A stretch of DNA of 64,000 bases from an uncultured Candidatus Saccharibacteria bacterium (GTDB lineage Bacteria; Patescibacteriota; Doudnabacteria; UBA920): NCBI GenBank assembly GCA_964532425.1, contig CAZHIA010000007.1:64008-128007 (forward strand), written 5' to 3'. Of the stretch, positions 39,315 through 49,293 are shown piece by piece; within the stretch, counting starts at the first letter, position 1, and the number at the start of each line of letters is the position of its first letter. The notes under the pieces are model-generated. The model was not told the origin of the DNA, did no database searches, and saw nothing but the letters and a program-made list of their open reading frames with translations. Made by a program: the position numbers and the translations under genes.

Positions 39315-39659
39315 ATGGAAAACGAAAAATGGGAACAGCTTGTCCAAATGGTGAAGACCAAGTTTGACGACGTGGAGCTCTCCACGGAAGATCTTGAGCT
39401 GGAGACTCAGGATGGCCCTGTCAAACAGGGAACCATGGACATTCTGATTTTCGAAAATAATGGCGGGCGCTTCAAGTTGACGCGAGAGAACCGGCCGGTG
39501 GTGCTCGAAAAAAAAGAACACTTCAGCCACCGGATGGGGGACACAGCTCGGACCGAGTACAAATTTTCCGAGACGGAATATTCGCACAAGCTCAGAGTAT
39601 ACAAGGAGACAGGATATGAGGAGTGGGAAGAGATAACTTTGGATAAACTTAGGATATAG
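39315..39659 (+). CDS. Hypothetical acidic protein
   Basis: 114-aa ORF in operon position. Confidence 0.75.
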   Translation: MENEKWEQLVQMVKTKFDDVELSTEDLELETQDGPVKQGTMDILIFENNGGRFKLTRENRPVVLEKKEHFSHRMGDTARTEYKFSETEYSHKLRVYKETGYEEWEEITLDKLRI

Positions 39660-39702
39660 AAATACAGTAGAAATACAATTGAAATAAATAGAAATACAAT
39701 TG
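39658..39702. repeat. Left tandem-repeat arm of four-helix-bundle cassette
   Basis: (agaaatacagt/agaaatacaat)n, period about 11 bp. Confidence 0.8.
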
Positions 39703-39703
39703 T

Positions 39704-40084
39704 ATGAACCAGAACACATATGTGCATTTGTACGACTTGGAGGTGTATAAGCTAGCTCGAGAGCTTTCTCGGGTCGGTTGGCAAATTTACGAGAAGTTAG
39801 ACTGGCAAACTAAGAAGATCATGGGAGACCAGTTTATAGAGTCAACAGATTCCACTGGAGCAAACATAGCAGAGGGGTACGGGCGGTTCCATTTTTTGGA
39901 TAAAATAAAGTTTTACTACAATAGTCGTGCATCGCTATTTGAATGTGGGTTACACTGGATAAGTTTATTAGAAGAGAGAGAAAAGGTGGAGCATGATTTG
40001 GCTTTGGAGTTTAAGAATGTTGCTAAGCAGTTATCAGTTAAGTTGAATAATTTTATTACTGTTTCGTATCAGCACCGCAAGTAA
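39704..40084 (+). CDS. Four-helix-bundle protein (23S rRNA IVS protein-like family)
   Basis: DLEVYKLA, DQFIES.DS.GANIAEGYGR, FYYNSRASLFE. Confidence 0.9.
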   Translation: MNQNTYVHLYDLEVYKLARELSRVGWQIYEKLDWQTKKIMGDQFIESTDSTGANIAEGYGRFHFLDKIKFYYNSRASLFECGLHWISLLEEREKVEHDLALEFKNVAKQLSVKLNNFITVSYQHRK

Positions 40085-40095
40085 TTGTCCGGTAC

Positions 40096-40143
40096 TATTG
40101 TAATTCTACTATATTTCTACTGCATTTCAATTGTATTTCTATC
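40096..40143. repeat. Right inverted tandem-repeat arm of four-helix-bundle cassette
   Basis: tattgtaattctactatatttctactgcatttcaattgtatttcta, complementary to left arm. Confidence 0.8.
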
Positions 40144-40146
40144 TCA

Positions 40147-41127
40147 ATGCTTAAAGATCAGGTATTATCCACATTACGTTTCTTCGATCTCCAAGACTTC
40201 CCGCTCACGTTAACTGAGCTGTGCATGTATTTGGTTGCGGAACCGTCCGAGCTCGGCGGTACCCAGCAGAACTCGTGGGAGTACGCGGGGCAGCAGGCTG
40301 GGGGACAACCGGCAGGCATGGATGAAATATTACAATGCCTGGAGCAGGACTGCCGGGGTTTGTACGAAACGGACCGGGGATTTTATTTTTTGCCTGGCCG
40401 TAGCCGGATTGTGGCGCAGCGGCTGCTGGGTTATTTGGGCGGCATTGGCCGGCAGCGGCGCATTTGGCGCTACAGCGGGTTTTTGCGGCACATCCCATTC
40501 GTGCGCGGTGCGGCTCTTTCGGGTTCGCAGGCACTGGGCCAGCAGAAGGAATCGTCCGATATTGATCTGCTTATTTTTACTGATCCGGCATTTTTATGGC
40601 TGGCACGGACACTGGTGACCGGATATTTCCAACTAATCGGCATGCGTCGCCATGGGCGCTATGTCGCGGGCCGGTTCTGCCTCAATCACTATATTGCCGG
40701 GACTAAAGAGTTGTCCGCATTCCGCAATTTGTACACGGCGCTCGAATACGCCAAACTTCGACCGCTCGCGTATCCTCAAGCGATTGCCAGGTTTCAGGTT
40801 GCGAACCGTTGGATACAATTTTATCTGCCGAATTTTTCTGCTGGAAACCCTGCGAATCAACCCCAGTCGCGGGCACAGTACCGATTGGAACAGTGGCTGG
40901 GCGGACGGTTCGGTAAATCTTTAGAACGCATATTAAAATCCTGGCAGCAACCAAAGATCCGCCAGGAAAAATTCATTATCGTAGAAATGGACGAGCTGTC
41001 GTTCCATCCCGACAGCAAGCAGCAATATCTGCTGCAGCGTTTTTTTAGTCCCTCAGCCCAGGTTTTACAAACTCCAAAAGTAACAATAACGGATACCGGT
41101 ATAGTTGATACTGCAAATCGAAATTAA
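40147..41127 (+). CDS. Nucleotidyltransferase-fold hypothetical protein
   Basis: IPFVR..ALSGS.A...SDIDLLI, FCLNHY. Confidence 0.7.
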   Translation: MLKDQVLSTLRFFDLQDFPLTLTELCMYLVAEPSELGGTQQNSWEYAGQQAGGQPAGMDEILQCLEQDCRGLYETDRGFYFLPGRSRIVAQRLLGYLGGIGRQRRIWRYSGFLRHIPFVRGAALSGSQALGQQKESSDIDLLIFTDPAFLWLARTLVTGYFQLIGMRRHGRYVAGRFCLNHYIAGTKELSAFRNLYTALEYAKLRPLAYPQAIARFQVANRWIQFYLPNFSAGNPANQPQSRAQYRLEQWLGGRFGKSLERILKSWQQPKIRQEKFIIVEMDELSFHPDSKQQYLLQRFFSPSAQVLQTPKVTITDTGIVDTANRN

Positions 41128-41809
41128 GACTATCCTGCCGGCTTCCGAGTTCTTCAATCCGCGCGTGCACGAACTGTGCCGCGCGGGCTTTATTAATGTA
41201 GTCGGCGAGCGTATAGGCATTGGAACTGATAAGGATGTTGTCCTCGCCTGCCGGGTTAAACTGCCGCACTATGCCGGACTGGGTCGCGTAGTTTCCGGTA
41301 AGGCGCAACGTCGGCTTCCGGCCGAGTGCGAGATCGGTAATGCTTCGCTTCCAGACTGCAGCCGGAAAAGTGTAGTACGGATTCGGTATGGTGACGATGA
41401 GACGGCCGCCGGGTTTAGCCACGGCAAACAGATTTTTGTACATCGCATCGAGATCGCTAATGTCCGGCGCTGCCATGTTGAGGATGACGGTATCGAACGT
41501 CTCACTCGGGTAGGGGAGCGGTCCGGTCAGGTCGGCAGTTTGGAAGTCGATCTCCGGAAAGTGATGCTTGGCGTAATCGACAAAATGCGGAGACGAGTCG
41601 CAGCCAAAAACATGGCGGTAAACCAGGCCCAAGGTGCCACAAAGCCAGCCCGGACCACAACCGGCGTCCAGGATGGAAGTAGGTTTAAAAGCGGCGAGGG
41701 ATTTGAGGATGGCTTTACTCAGGGTATCTTTTTGTACCTGGCCATTGGCAGAATCCAAGAATGCTAAATATCCCGCTGCCGCGGCCTGGTCTTGATAGCC
41801 GTTGTTCAT
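41045..41809 (-). CDS. Class I SAM-dependent methyltransferase
   Basis: ILDAGCGPG, GCDSS, LPYPSETFDTV, KPGGRL. Confidence 0.9.
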   Translation of the reverse strand: MNNGYQDQAAAAGYLAFLDSANGQVQKDTLSKAILKSLAAFKPTSILDAGCGPGWLCGTLGLVYRHVFGCDSSPHFVDYAKHHFPEIDFQTADLTGPLPYPSETFDTVILNMAAPDISDLDAMYKNLFAVAKPGGRLIVTIPNPYYTFPAAVWKRSITDLALGRKPTLRLTGNYATQSGIVRQFNPAGEDNILISSNAYTLADYINKARAAQFVHARIEELGSRQDSLNFDLQYQLYRYPLLLLLEFVKPGLRD

Positions 41810-41990
41810 ACTGGTATTATAACATTTACGAGTTGCTTCGGGGGCATTTGCAGGAAGGGAAGCTAATGGCTTCCCCTACGTAGTGACCCTGTCTTTGTAG
41901 GGGCGGATATTATCCGCCCGCTCGATTACTGGCATAGTTATTAGTTTAGTAGTTTCGTATATTTTAGTATTTAGTAGAGAGTGGGCGAGT

Positions 41991-42030
41991 TTAGCAATCT
42001 GCTTGACAGAGTGCTAATGTGCGCTATAAT
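41991..42030 (+). promoter_or_regulatory. CIRCE (HrcA operator) overlapping the groESL promoter
   Basis: TTAGCAATC-N9-GAGTGCTAA; TTGACA at 42003 and TATAAT at 42025. Confidence 0.9.
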
Positions 42031-42116
42031 ACATTTTGAGATTACTCGATAAACAAGATAAGTAATTGCCGATGCCGCTAACATAAGCGGTCCATAGGCA
42101 CATCAGGAGAGATTGT

Positions 42117-42425
42117 ATGAAAGTCAAACCGTTAGGCAACCGGATCCTGGTAAAACAGCTTTCAACCGAAGAGGTGACCAAGTCGGGAATTGTTTTGCCC
42201 GGATCTATGGATAAGGAAAAGAAGGCCCAGGGTAAAATTGTGGAAGTCGGCCCGGGCGAGGAAATAAAAACGCTTGGCCTGAAAGTTGGCGATGTCGTGG
42301 TCTTTTCCAATTACGCCGGAACTGAAGTGGAGATTGAGGAGAATGGCGAGAAAGTCGAGTACAAAGTTTTGTACGTCGGCAAGGAAAAGGATGACAGCGA
42401 CGTGGTGGCAATAATAGAGCAATAA
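42117..42425 (+). CDS. groES: Co-chaperonin GroES
   Basis: VKPLGNRILV, TKSGIVLP, VGPG, KVGDVV.FSNYAG. Confidence 0.96.
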   Translation: MKVKPLGNRILVKQLSTEEVTKSGIVLPGSMDKEKKAQGKIVEVGPGEEIKTLGLKVGDVVVFSNYAGTEVEIEENGEKVEYKVLYVGKEKDDSDVVAIIEQ

Positions 42426-42435
42426 CAATACATTC

Positions 42436-42562
42436 ATCAAAATTCCAAATCACAAATCACAAATTCCAAATAAATTCCAAACTTCAAATTCAAATGAGTA
42501 AGCAGTTTTGGAGTTTGGAAATTGAAAATTATTTGTAATTTGATACTTGGTACTTGGAATTT
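42436..42562. repeat. Inverted tandem-repeat hairpin (caaat/atttg type) between groES and groEL
   Basis: caaaattccaaatcacaaatcacaaattccaaat ... tttggagtttggaaattg..tttgatacttggtacttgga. Confidence 0.8.
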
Positions 42563-42577
42563 TTCCGAAGGAATATT

Positions 42578-44221
42578 ATGGCGAAAATTATCAAATACGG
42601 TTATGAGGCCAAGCAGGCCATCAAGGCCGGCGTGGACAAGGCGGCGAACGTCGTCAAAGTTACTTTAGGTCCTACCGGTAAGACAGTCATTTTGGACAAA
42701 GGTTTCGGCAGCCCGTCCGTAACAGACGACGGCGTGACCGTGGCTAAAGATATTGAACTCGAAGACAAGTTTGAAAATGTCGGCGCCTCTCTCATTCAGG
42801 AAGTGGCCAATAAGACTAATGAAGAAGCTGGTGACGGTACGACCACGGCAACCGTGCTGGCCCAGAAGATGATCGAAGAGGCTTTCGGCGCCGTGGCGAT
42901 CAACTCTTCCCGCGCCAATGACATTAAGAAGGGGATGGACAAGGCTGTGTCTTTTGTAGTGGAAGAACTGCATAAAATGAAGAAAGACATCAAGGACCGC
43001 GGCGAGATTCAGCAGGTGGCGACCATTGCCTCGCTCGATCCGGAAGTCGGCAAACTTATTGCCGAGGCTATGGAAGAAGTTGGCCATGACGGCGTGATCA
43101 CGGTTGAGGAAGGCCAGACCATTGGACTCGAAAAGGAAGTGGTCAAAGGCATGCGCTTTGACAAGGGATTCGTTTCCCCGTACATGATGACCAACACCGA
43201 GCGCATGGAAGCCGTGTGGGAAGACCCGTTCATTTTAATTACTGATAAGAAAATTTCCAGCGTGCAGGATGTCCTGCCGCTGCTCGAAAAAGTCGCCCAG
43301 AGCGGCAAGAAGGATCTCGTTATTATTGCCGATGACGTGGAAGGTGAAGCTTTGGCAACATTCATCCTGAACAAGATCCGCGGCACGTTCAATGTCCTGG
43401 CCGTGAAAGCCCCGGGATTCGGCGACCGCAGGAAGGAAATGCTCCAGGACATTGCGGTCTTAACCGGCGGCGAAGTCATTACCGAAGATTTGGGACTTAA
43501 GCTGGATAAGTCTGAACTCTCCCAGCTTGGCCGCGCCCGCCGCGTAGTTGCGACCAAGGAACATACGACTATCATTGACGGTGCGGGCGACAAGAATGCC
43601 ATCGAGGGCCGCGTACAGCAGATCCGGAATGCCATCAAAGATTCCACTTCCGATTTTGACCGCGAGAAATTGCAGGAACGCATGGCCCGGCTGGCTGGCG
43701 GCGTGGGCGTCATTAAAGTCGGCGCCTTTACCGAGACCGAGATGAAAGCTAAAAAATTCAAGATCGAAGACGCGCTTAATGCCACCAAAGCTGCCGTGGA
43801 AGAGGGAATCATCCCGGGCGGCGGCGTGGCTTTGGCCAAGGTCGCTCCGAAGCTCGACGGTTTCGGCAAGGATCTGACTGACGGCGAGAAGGCCGGTGTC
43901 AAGGTCATCCGCAATTCCCTGGAAGCGCCGATCCGCCAGATCGCCATCAACTCCGGCGTGGAAATTACTCCTATCTTGAGCAAGATCCACAATTCCAGTG
44001 ATCCGAACGTGGGGTATAACTTTGCCACGTTGACCGAGGCTGACATGCTCAAAGAAGGCATTGTCGATCCGCTGAAGGTCGCGCGCTTGGCCCTGGAGAA
44101 CGCGGTGTCTATCGCGTCCACCCTGGTCACCAGCGAGGCGATCGTCGTCGACAAACCCGAACCCAAGACCCCGGCTGCCCCCGGCGGCCATATGGGCGGC
44201 ATGGGTGGGATGGATTACTAG
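42578..44221 (+). CDS. groEL: Chaperonin GroEL
   Basis: [28 protein letters not shown] tail. Confidence 0.98.
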   Translation: MAKIIKYGYEAKQAIKAGVDKAANVVKVTLGPTGKTVILDKGFGSPSVTDDGVTVAKDIELEDKFENVGASLIQEVANKTNEEAGDGTTTATVLAQKMIEEAFGAVAINSSRANDIKKGMDKAVSFVVEELHKMKKDIKDRGEIQQVATIASLDPEVGKLIAEAMEEVGHDGVITVEEGQTIGLEKEVVKGMRFDKGFVSPYMMTNTERMEAVWEDPFILITDKKISSVQDVLPLLEKVAQSGKKDLVIIADDVEGEALATFILNKIRGTFNVLAVKAPGFGDRRKEMLQDIAVLTGGEVITEDLGLKLDKSELSQLGRARRVVATKEHTTIIDGAGDKNAIEGRVQQIRNAIKDSTSDFDREKLQERMARLAGGVGVIKVGAFTETEMKAKKFKIEDALNATKAAVEEGIIPGGGVALAKVAPKLDGFGKDLTDGEKAGVKVIRNSLEAPIRQIAINSGVEITPILSKIHNSSDPNVGYNFATLTEADMLKEGIVDPLKVARLALENAVSIASTLVTSEAIVVDKPEPKTPAAPGGHMGGMGGMDY

Positions 44222-44308
44222 AATACATTTCCGATATGTAAGGCGCTTTTTTAAGCGCCTTACTTTTAATTTGTGCTATAATAAGACAAAAGTAACTAAT
44301 ATATTTAT

Positions 44309-44623
44309 ATGTTTTCCGAAAAACAATTACATGAAACGGCAGGGCCGTGGGATGCCCGCTTGGACGAAATGTATGAGGGTTTTGACCATGATCAAAATTT
44401 TACCCACCACTTTCCCTCCCAGGAAGAATTTGACCGGTTTGTGTCCCTGCAAGTGGCTGATTACATAAAAAATCATGATGCTGAGCACGTATCTAACCCT
44501 CCAGATGCAACACTCAACGCCGCTTTTGCTGCGGTGAGGGGGATGATTGCTACCATAGTCGAAACAGGCAAATTTCATCCGGACAGCGACGTGACCATGA
44601 CCCATTCCCAATCGACCCGGTAG
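44309..44623 (+). CDS. Hypothetical protein
   Basis: 104-aa ORF after a TATAAT box. Confidence 0.55.
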   Translation: MFSEKQLHETAGPWDARLDEMYEGFDHDQNFTHHFPSQEEFDRFVSLQVADYIKNHDAEHVSNPPDATLNAAFAAVRGMIATIVETGKFHPDSDVTMTHSQSTR

Positions 44624-44687
44624 GGTGTAGAAACATGTGCAAATTATAAATGTCACAATGAGGATGCTCATTGTGACATTTTCGTTT

Positions 44688-44972
44688 TTAGCTCGGAAGT
44701 GAAACTTTCTTGGCATGGGGGCTGGCTCCGGAGGCTGGAAGGGGAAGGTGGGCAATTTGCTGCCGGGCTTGCTCCCATTCCGAGAGCGGCATGGCAGCAA
44801 ATAACGGGTTGTTCTCTGCCTCGGTCAGCAGGTTGAAAATTTGCTCTTTGGTGGTGGCCAGCCAGCGGTGGCTTTTTCCGGAGATTCGGATCTTGATATA
44901 GACAAACTTCAGGGAAAGCCTTCCGAGCGGCAGCTTGAACGGTTGAAATACGATCGTGCTGTCCGCGGACAT
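44688..44972 (-). CDS. Hypothetical protein
   Basis: SD AAGGAGG; promoter TTGACA-17-TAAAAT on minus strand. Confidence 0.65.
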   Translation of the reverse strand: MSADSTIVFQPFKLPLGRLSLKFVYIKIRISGKSHRWLATTKEQIFNLLTEAENNPLFAAMPLSEWEQARQQIAHLPLPASGASPHAKKVSLPS

Positions 44973-45067
44973 GGGTCCTCCTTAGTATCTTGTAATTTTA
45001 AATCGGGTCAGTCTCGTTGTCAATTAGCCGGTTTTTAAAAAATTTGTTATTATTATGGCATAATTAT

Positions 45068-46456
45068 ATGGCCGAGACTCTCCGATATTATGAATCGTTT
45101 CCGGACTTCTCTGTAATGAGAAAAGACCGGGACAGTGCGTATCCAGACGAACTGGAACTGGTTCCTTTGCGGCCTTTGGTCCACAATACAAGTCACGCAG
45201 AGCGGACACGTATCATGACTGCAGTGCTGGAAGCGGTCGCCAGTCTAAAGACCCGAGGAACGGCCGAACAGATACTGATCGGAATTTTTGAAAGAAATTC
45301 CAACGAGCAGACAATCTTACTGAGCCGGTGGGAAGATTCTCTTCTCAGAACTTTTCAGCACTTGCCACCCGATGCGGACATTGATAAGGAAGTGGCAACT
45401 GCGTTGGCTCCGCTTTCGGCGTACGTCCAGCGGTTTTACCATGAACACAAGCGGCATATTGAGCAACAGGCTCTGAATCGGGGTGTACAACCTCGAGAGC
45501 TAGCCCCTGCTGATTTTTTGGGAAGGATCACAACTCCCCAAGGTGTCATTAGTCCGCTCAAGTACATTCGGGCGCGCGATAGGGCATTCCCCTTGCAGCA
45601 GGAAAAAGGTGTTTACGAGAAGGGTGATCAGCATGCTTTTTATTTAAACGAGAGGCTCGATGCTGGCGATGCGGTGGACTTGGTAGAAGTAATTTATCAT
45701 CAGTCATCGGCTGGGATGGGTATCCGTGAAGTGCGATTGGTCCAGATTGCCTCGAGTGATATCCATGTTCAGGATAAAATAGAACAAGTCAGACAAAAGC
45801 ATCCGAGGCTGGTGGGAGAATGGGAGGGCAGGCTGGAACGGTTCAATGAAATGTATTTTCCGGAACTAAAATTTCCGGATCGCGCTGCGGAAGATACATA
45901 TTTTGACGAACAGCTATTATTGTTTGCAGAAACGCTAGAGACGATGAGCGAGTCTGAAGATCAGAATAAGCGTACTAAGAAATTTGAGAAACTGGTGAAC
46001 CGGATCGGTATGGCCTATGGCCTCCCCACTCAGCAGCTGCCGCTTGAAGCACGGGCACGCATCGGCTCGAGGGTGTTTTACGATTTTTTGATTACCGCTG
46101 TCCGTAACGACTTTTTTATCCATGAAATCGCAGACGCTATCAGCGAGGAGTTGAAGCATATACAAAAGAACTCTGATCGGGGCTATGCGGTGCGGCTCTA
46201 TATAGACCACCTCCAGGAATTGGTCGATCATGATGCTGTGACTTACAGTCCCCAAGTTGCCGAGCAGGTGAGAAACGTAACTGACCGCATCCGGGCTGAG
46301 TTCCCAAATCTTGATTGGCGCGGTTCCTATCCGCAGACAGTCAGTATTCCTAAATTCCGTTCGGTAGTTGCGGTGGCCGATAAAAAAACATTTTACAACC
46401 AAGAAATTCCGGTGTCGGGGAAGCCGGGTAAATATCTGGTGCACCGGATACATTAA
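45068..46456 (+). CDS. Hypothetical protein
   Basis: Long ORF (462 aa from ATG 45068) with no recognised motif. Confidence 0.72.
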   Translation: MAETLRYYESFPDFSVMRKDRDSAYPDELELVPLRPLVHNTSHAERTRIMTAVLEAVASLKTRGTAEQILIGIFERNSNEQTILLSRWEDSLLRTFQHLPPDADIDKEVATALAPLSAYVQRFYHEHKRHIEQQALNRGVQPRELAPADFLGRITTPQGVISPLKYIRARDRAFPLQQEKGVYEKGDQHAFYLNERLDAGDAVDLVEVIYHQSSAGMGIREVRLVQIASSDIHVQDKIEQVRQKHPRLVGEWEGRLERFNEMYFPELKFPDRAAEDTYFDEQLLLFAETLETMSESEDQNKRTKKFEKLVNRIGMAYGLPTQQLPLEARARIGSRVFYDFLITAVRNDFFIHEIADAISEELKHIQKNSDRGYAVRLYIDHLQELVDHDAVTYSPQVAEQVRNVTDRIRAEFPNLDWRGSYPQTVSIPKFRSVVAVADKKTFYNQEIPVSGKPGKYLVHRIH

Positions 46457-46524
46457 TCCTTGACCGTTATAGAACCCTCTGGTATACTTTGTCTTCGACC
46501 TAGTATAGCGGAGGACTAAATTAT

Positions 46525-46821
46525 ATGAGTGAAAAGATGGAATTAGGCTCAAAAGCCTATGAAGCGCCGGAAGGGTTAGATTCGGCGATGGGGGATCTGC
46601 GGCTTGTTCCGTTGCAACAATCGGGAGCAGATCGTGCCGAACAGTCTCCAGCCATTTGGGATCCTGCCGCTTTCCGTGTTTCTTTAAACGAATTTTTACC
46701 GCAGCTAGTACAAATCCGCCAGCAACGAAAGATGGGTTCTATTACCGGACTGCAGGCAGATGAGCGCACGAAGATGGTTTTAGATCAGGCGCGGGCTAGA
46801 TATCGGGAGCAACACTCATGA
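46525..46821 (+). CDS. Hypothetical protein
   Basis: Promoter TTGACC-17-TATACT, SD GGAGG, terminator at 46828-46863. Confidence 0.65.
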   Translation: MSEKMELGSKAYEAPEGLDSAMGDLRLVPLQQSGADRAEQSPAIWDPAAFRVSLNEFLPQLVQIRQQRKMGSITGLQADERTKMVLDQARARYREQHS

Positions 46822-46926
46822 CAAGCGAAAAATCGGGAAAAGGCGAAGCCTGACCCGATTTTTATTATAATTTATGATTATTTATGGCTTAATTAAGCCA
46901 TATTTTCAGTATTGGCGGGATAACTC

Positions 46927-47000
46927 TTGACAAAAAACAGCTTTTGGTGTATACTGTTGAGTTAAATAAAAAATTGTAGTTTAAATAACGCTCTTACCAA
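46927..47000 (+). promoter_or_regulatory. sigma70 promoter plus boxA-like antitermination site
   Basis: TTGACA-17-TATACT at 46927-46955; CGCTCTTACCAA at 46989-47000. Confidence 0.7.
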
Positions 47001-47006
47001 TCATAT

Positions 47007-47266
47007 AGCTGTGCCTCGAATGTTTTACAGGAGACAATCGGGTGCACGGTTTACGTCCGGCACTGGTTTCTGTGAGTTCAGTATAAACCAGGTCAATTAT
47101 TTCGATTACTAGTTGGTATTTATGTTAGCTTGCAGAAACTAGTGCTGGACACCATCATGCTCCTAATAGGGCTTAAACCCTTTTGGGGGCGCGATAAAGC
47201 CGTGTATTCTATACAAGAATAACTTTTCCAGAGATTCTCCTGTATAAAATATACGGTTTTTTGTTT
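47007..47266 (+). ncRNA. Structured leader of four hairpins ending in a terminator-like stem
   Basis: Long stem gtccggcactggtttctgtgagtt/agcttgcagaaactagtgctggac with G-U pairs; final stem followed by a T-tract. Confidence 0.6.
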
Positions 47267-47267
47267 A

Positions 47268-47391
47268 GGAGTAATCTCTAATATACGAATCTAGCACAAA
47301 TATACGAATACAGCACACCATCATTTATTTCTTAGAGCGGCCAATAGCTATTTGAATATTTGCGCTGTATTAGCCATATTCGAGATCACTA
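47268..47391. repeat. Dispersed MITE-like element, copy 2 (inverted relative to 18961)
   Basis: Reverse complement aligns to 18961-19096. Confidence 0.8.
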
Positions 47392-47394
47392 TAA

Positions 47395-47484
47395 TTGTTT
47401 CCAGTATTCCGGATCGGAGAAGGTCAACTTTATGGGTCCGATACGACCCACCGCCTCATCTCTGATCCAGAGTGGTGGAAATAA
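47395..47484 (+). ncRNA. Repeated structured motif A, copy 1
   Basis: stem-GAAGG tcaac tttat GGGTC cgatac GACCC accg CCTCATC-stem. Confidence 0.7.
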
Positions 47485-47614
47485 TATCAATGTTGTGTCA
47501 TTCCGGCCCCGGAGCCGGAATCCATGCTCCCTTATCGTTCCTTACTATTCACTAAGCTTTGTTTACTAAAATCCGTAGTTATCCGTAGATTGGCATTCAT
47601 TGGTAGATTTGTAA

Positions 47615-47718
47615 ATTTTCTCTACCATCGTGGGCCTAACAGGAAGGCAAACATTTTAGGATCGAGACGATCCGTCGGCCTCATCCTTTTGCTTAGACCC
47701 ACAATGGTGGATGAAAAT
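47615..47718 (+). ncRNA. Repeated structured motif A, copy 2
   Basis: stem-GAAGG caaaca tttta GGATCG aga CGATCC gtcgg CCTCATC-stem. Confidence 0.7.
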
Positions 47719-47923
47719 CTTCCTCTGTGTCATTCCGAACTTGTTTCGGAATCCAGAGAAATGGATCCTGAAATGAATTCAGGATGACACTATAGGTTCT
47801 TGTCTGTATTGCAGAACCGATTTAAGTCGGTTCTGCAATTCAGGGAAGGACGTAGTCCTGGCAAGGCCAGGACGCAGTGATCCGGAACTGAAGTGAACAC
47901 TACAAGCCACAGGAGGCTAACAA

Positions 47924-48733
47924 ATGTCATTCGGACACGAATCTCACGAAGGTTTCGGGGATTTCTTTTCCTCTCAACGGAAACCCAACGGCCGCGACTA
48001 CACCGGGTCCAACCCGGTAGCAGACGCGCTCCGCGAAGTTCTCTCGGGCCTCGGTGGTCCCGAGCTGGGTGCCACCCTCAAGGTGGGCGCCATCGCAAAG
48101 AAGAACGAAGATGATGAGGTCAAGACGGCGCTCTTCGAAGCCCTGAAAACCCGCGCCTCGCTGAAAACGATCACCGAGATCGGTGATCAGACTGTCAAAG
48201 AGTACGAGAAGGCCGTCGCCGAGCGCGACAAGACAATCGCCGAACGCGACAAGGCCATGGCGGCTCTGCGCCAGCAGAGTCGCGAGTTGCAGATCAAGCT
48301 CTCCAACGCTGATGCGGCCAAGATGGTCGCCGAGTCGAACGAGCGGTTTGCCAAATCGCAGCTTCAGGCAGCTCGTGACACGAGGGATCAGTACTGGGGT
48401 GAAATTTCCAACCTCACGGCGGAGATCGGCGAGATCGGCGAGCGCGAGCAGCGCTTGCTGCAACTGGTGAGCGAAATCAATGCCGCGCTTTCCGCCGGAG
48501 CTACGCTGACCCCTGAGGATATCGCCGGCGCGAAGGGTCGTGCGACGAACCTGAACTACAAAGGCAAGAAGTTCCTGAAGGTCAACGTGAAGCCGGCCCC
48601 GGCGCCGGAAGCACCGGCCGAGAACCCGGTCCCGCCGGCGGCAGATGCTGCCGCGCCCGTGAAGGAGACACCGGCACCTGAGAATCCGCTCGCCGGACTC
48701 GGGCCGGAAGGGCTCACCAACGGCGATTTCTAG
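47924..48733 (+). CDS. Hypothetical coiled-coil protein with Pro/Ala-rich tail
   Basis: SD CAGGAGG; strong C/G-ending codon bias; followed by a hairpin at 48748-48780. Confidence 0.8.
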   Translation: MSFGHESHEGFGDFFSSQRKPNGRDYTGSNPVADALREVLSGLGGPELGATLKVGAIAKKNEDDEVKTALFEALKTRASLKTITEIGDQTVKEYEKAVAERDKTIAERDKAMAALRQQSRELQIKLSNADAAKMVAESNERFAKSQLQAARDTRDQYWGEISNLTAEIGEIGEREQRLLQLVSEINAALSAGATLTPEDIAGAKGRATNLNYKGKKFLKVNVKPAPAPEAPAENPVPPAADAAAPVKETPAPENPLAGLGPEGLTNGDF

Positions 48734-48824
48734 TCCGAATGTAACAATGAGAGTGGCACTGCCTAGCAGTGCCACTCTCAACCATCTAATTCACTATTTC
48801 TCTAATTCACTAATTTACTAGCTA

Positions 48825-48931
48825 GTTTGTTTCTTCCATCATGGGCCAGAGCAGAGAAGGTTAACCAAATTTGGGTCGCTATGACCCTTCGGCCTCGTCA
48901 CTGCTGTGACCCATAATGGTAGAAGTAAAAC
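48825..48931 (+). ncRNA. Repeated structured motif A, copy 3
   Basis: stem-GAAGG ttaacca aattt GGGTCG cta TGACCC ttcgg CCTCGTC-stem. Confidence 0.7.
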
Positions 48932-49188
48932 ACAATTTTAGAAGGGAAGATTGCCGCGCTCGGATGCACCTGCCTACCGGCAGGCAGGCTCGCTCGCAAT
49001 GACATGTAAGACTTTGTCATTGCGAGGAGAAAAGGACTTTAACTTTTCGACGACTTGTCCGCTGTAGCCTTGGCGAAGGTGGAAGCAATCTTTCGGTGTC
49101 ATTCCGGAGACCACGAAGCGAAGCGGAGAGTCATCCGGAATCCATTCTCTATAGTTGCCATACTATTCACTAGTCACTGACCACTATT

Positions 49189-49292
49189 TTGTATCCACCA
49201 TTGTGGATCTAAGCACGGAAGGTAAAATTTTTATGTCGCCTGTGGCGGCACCGACCTCATCCGAATGCTTTGATTCACAATAGCGGATGCAA
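49189..49292 (+). ncRNA. Repeated structured motif A, copy 4
   Basis: stem-GAAGG taaaa tttttat GTCGCC tgt GGCGGC accga CCTCATC-stem. Confidence 0.7.
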
Positions 49293-49293
49293 T

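Noticed and set aside
39704-40084. Diversity-generating retroelement (Avd-like gene)
   Set aside because: No reverse transcriptase and no TR/VR pair seen in the window
40165-40173. Second perfect DnaA box
   Set aside because: Isolated and inside a CDS; no box cluster indicating oriC
41045-41127. 83-bp convergent overlap between the NTase-like and methyltransferase genes
   Set aside because: Most simply explained by stop-codon drift; no further evidence of function
43009-44202. Long antisense ORFs over groEL (also over nrdJ 19993-21096, 47927-48781 and 51592-52488)
   Set aside because: Shadow frames expected from the sense gene's codon bias; no recognisable motifs
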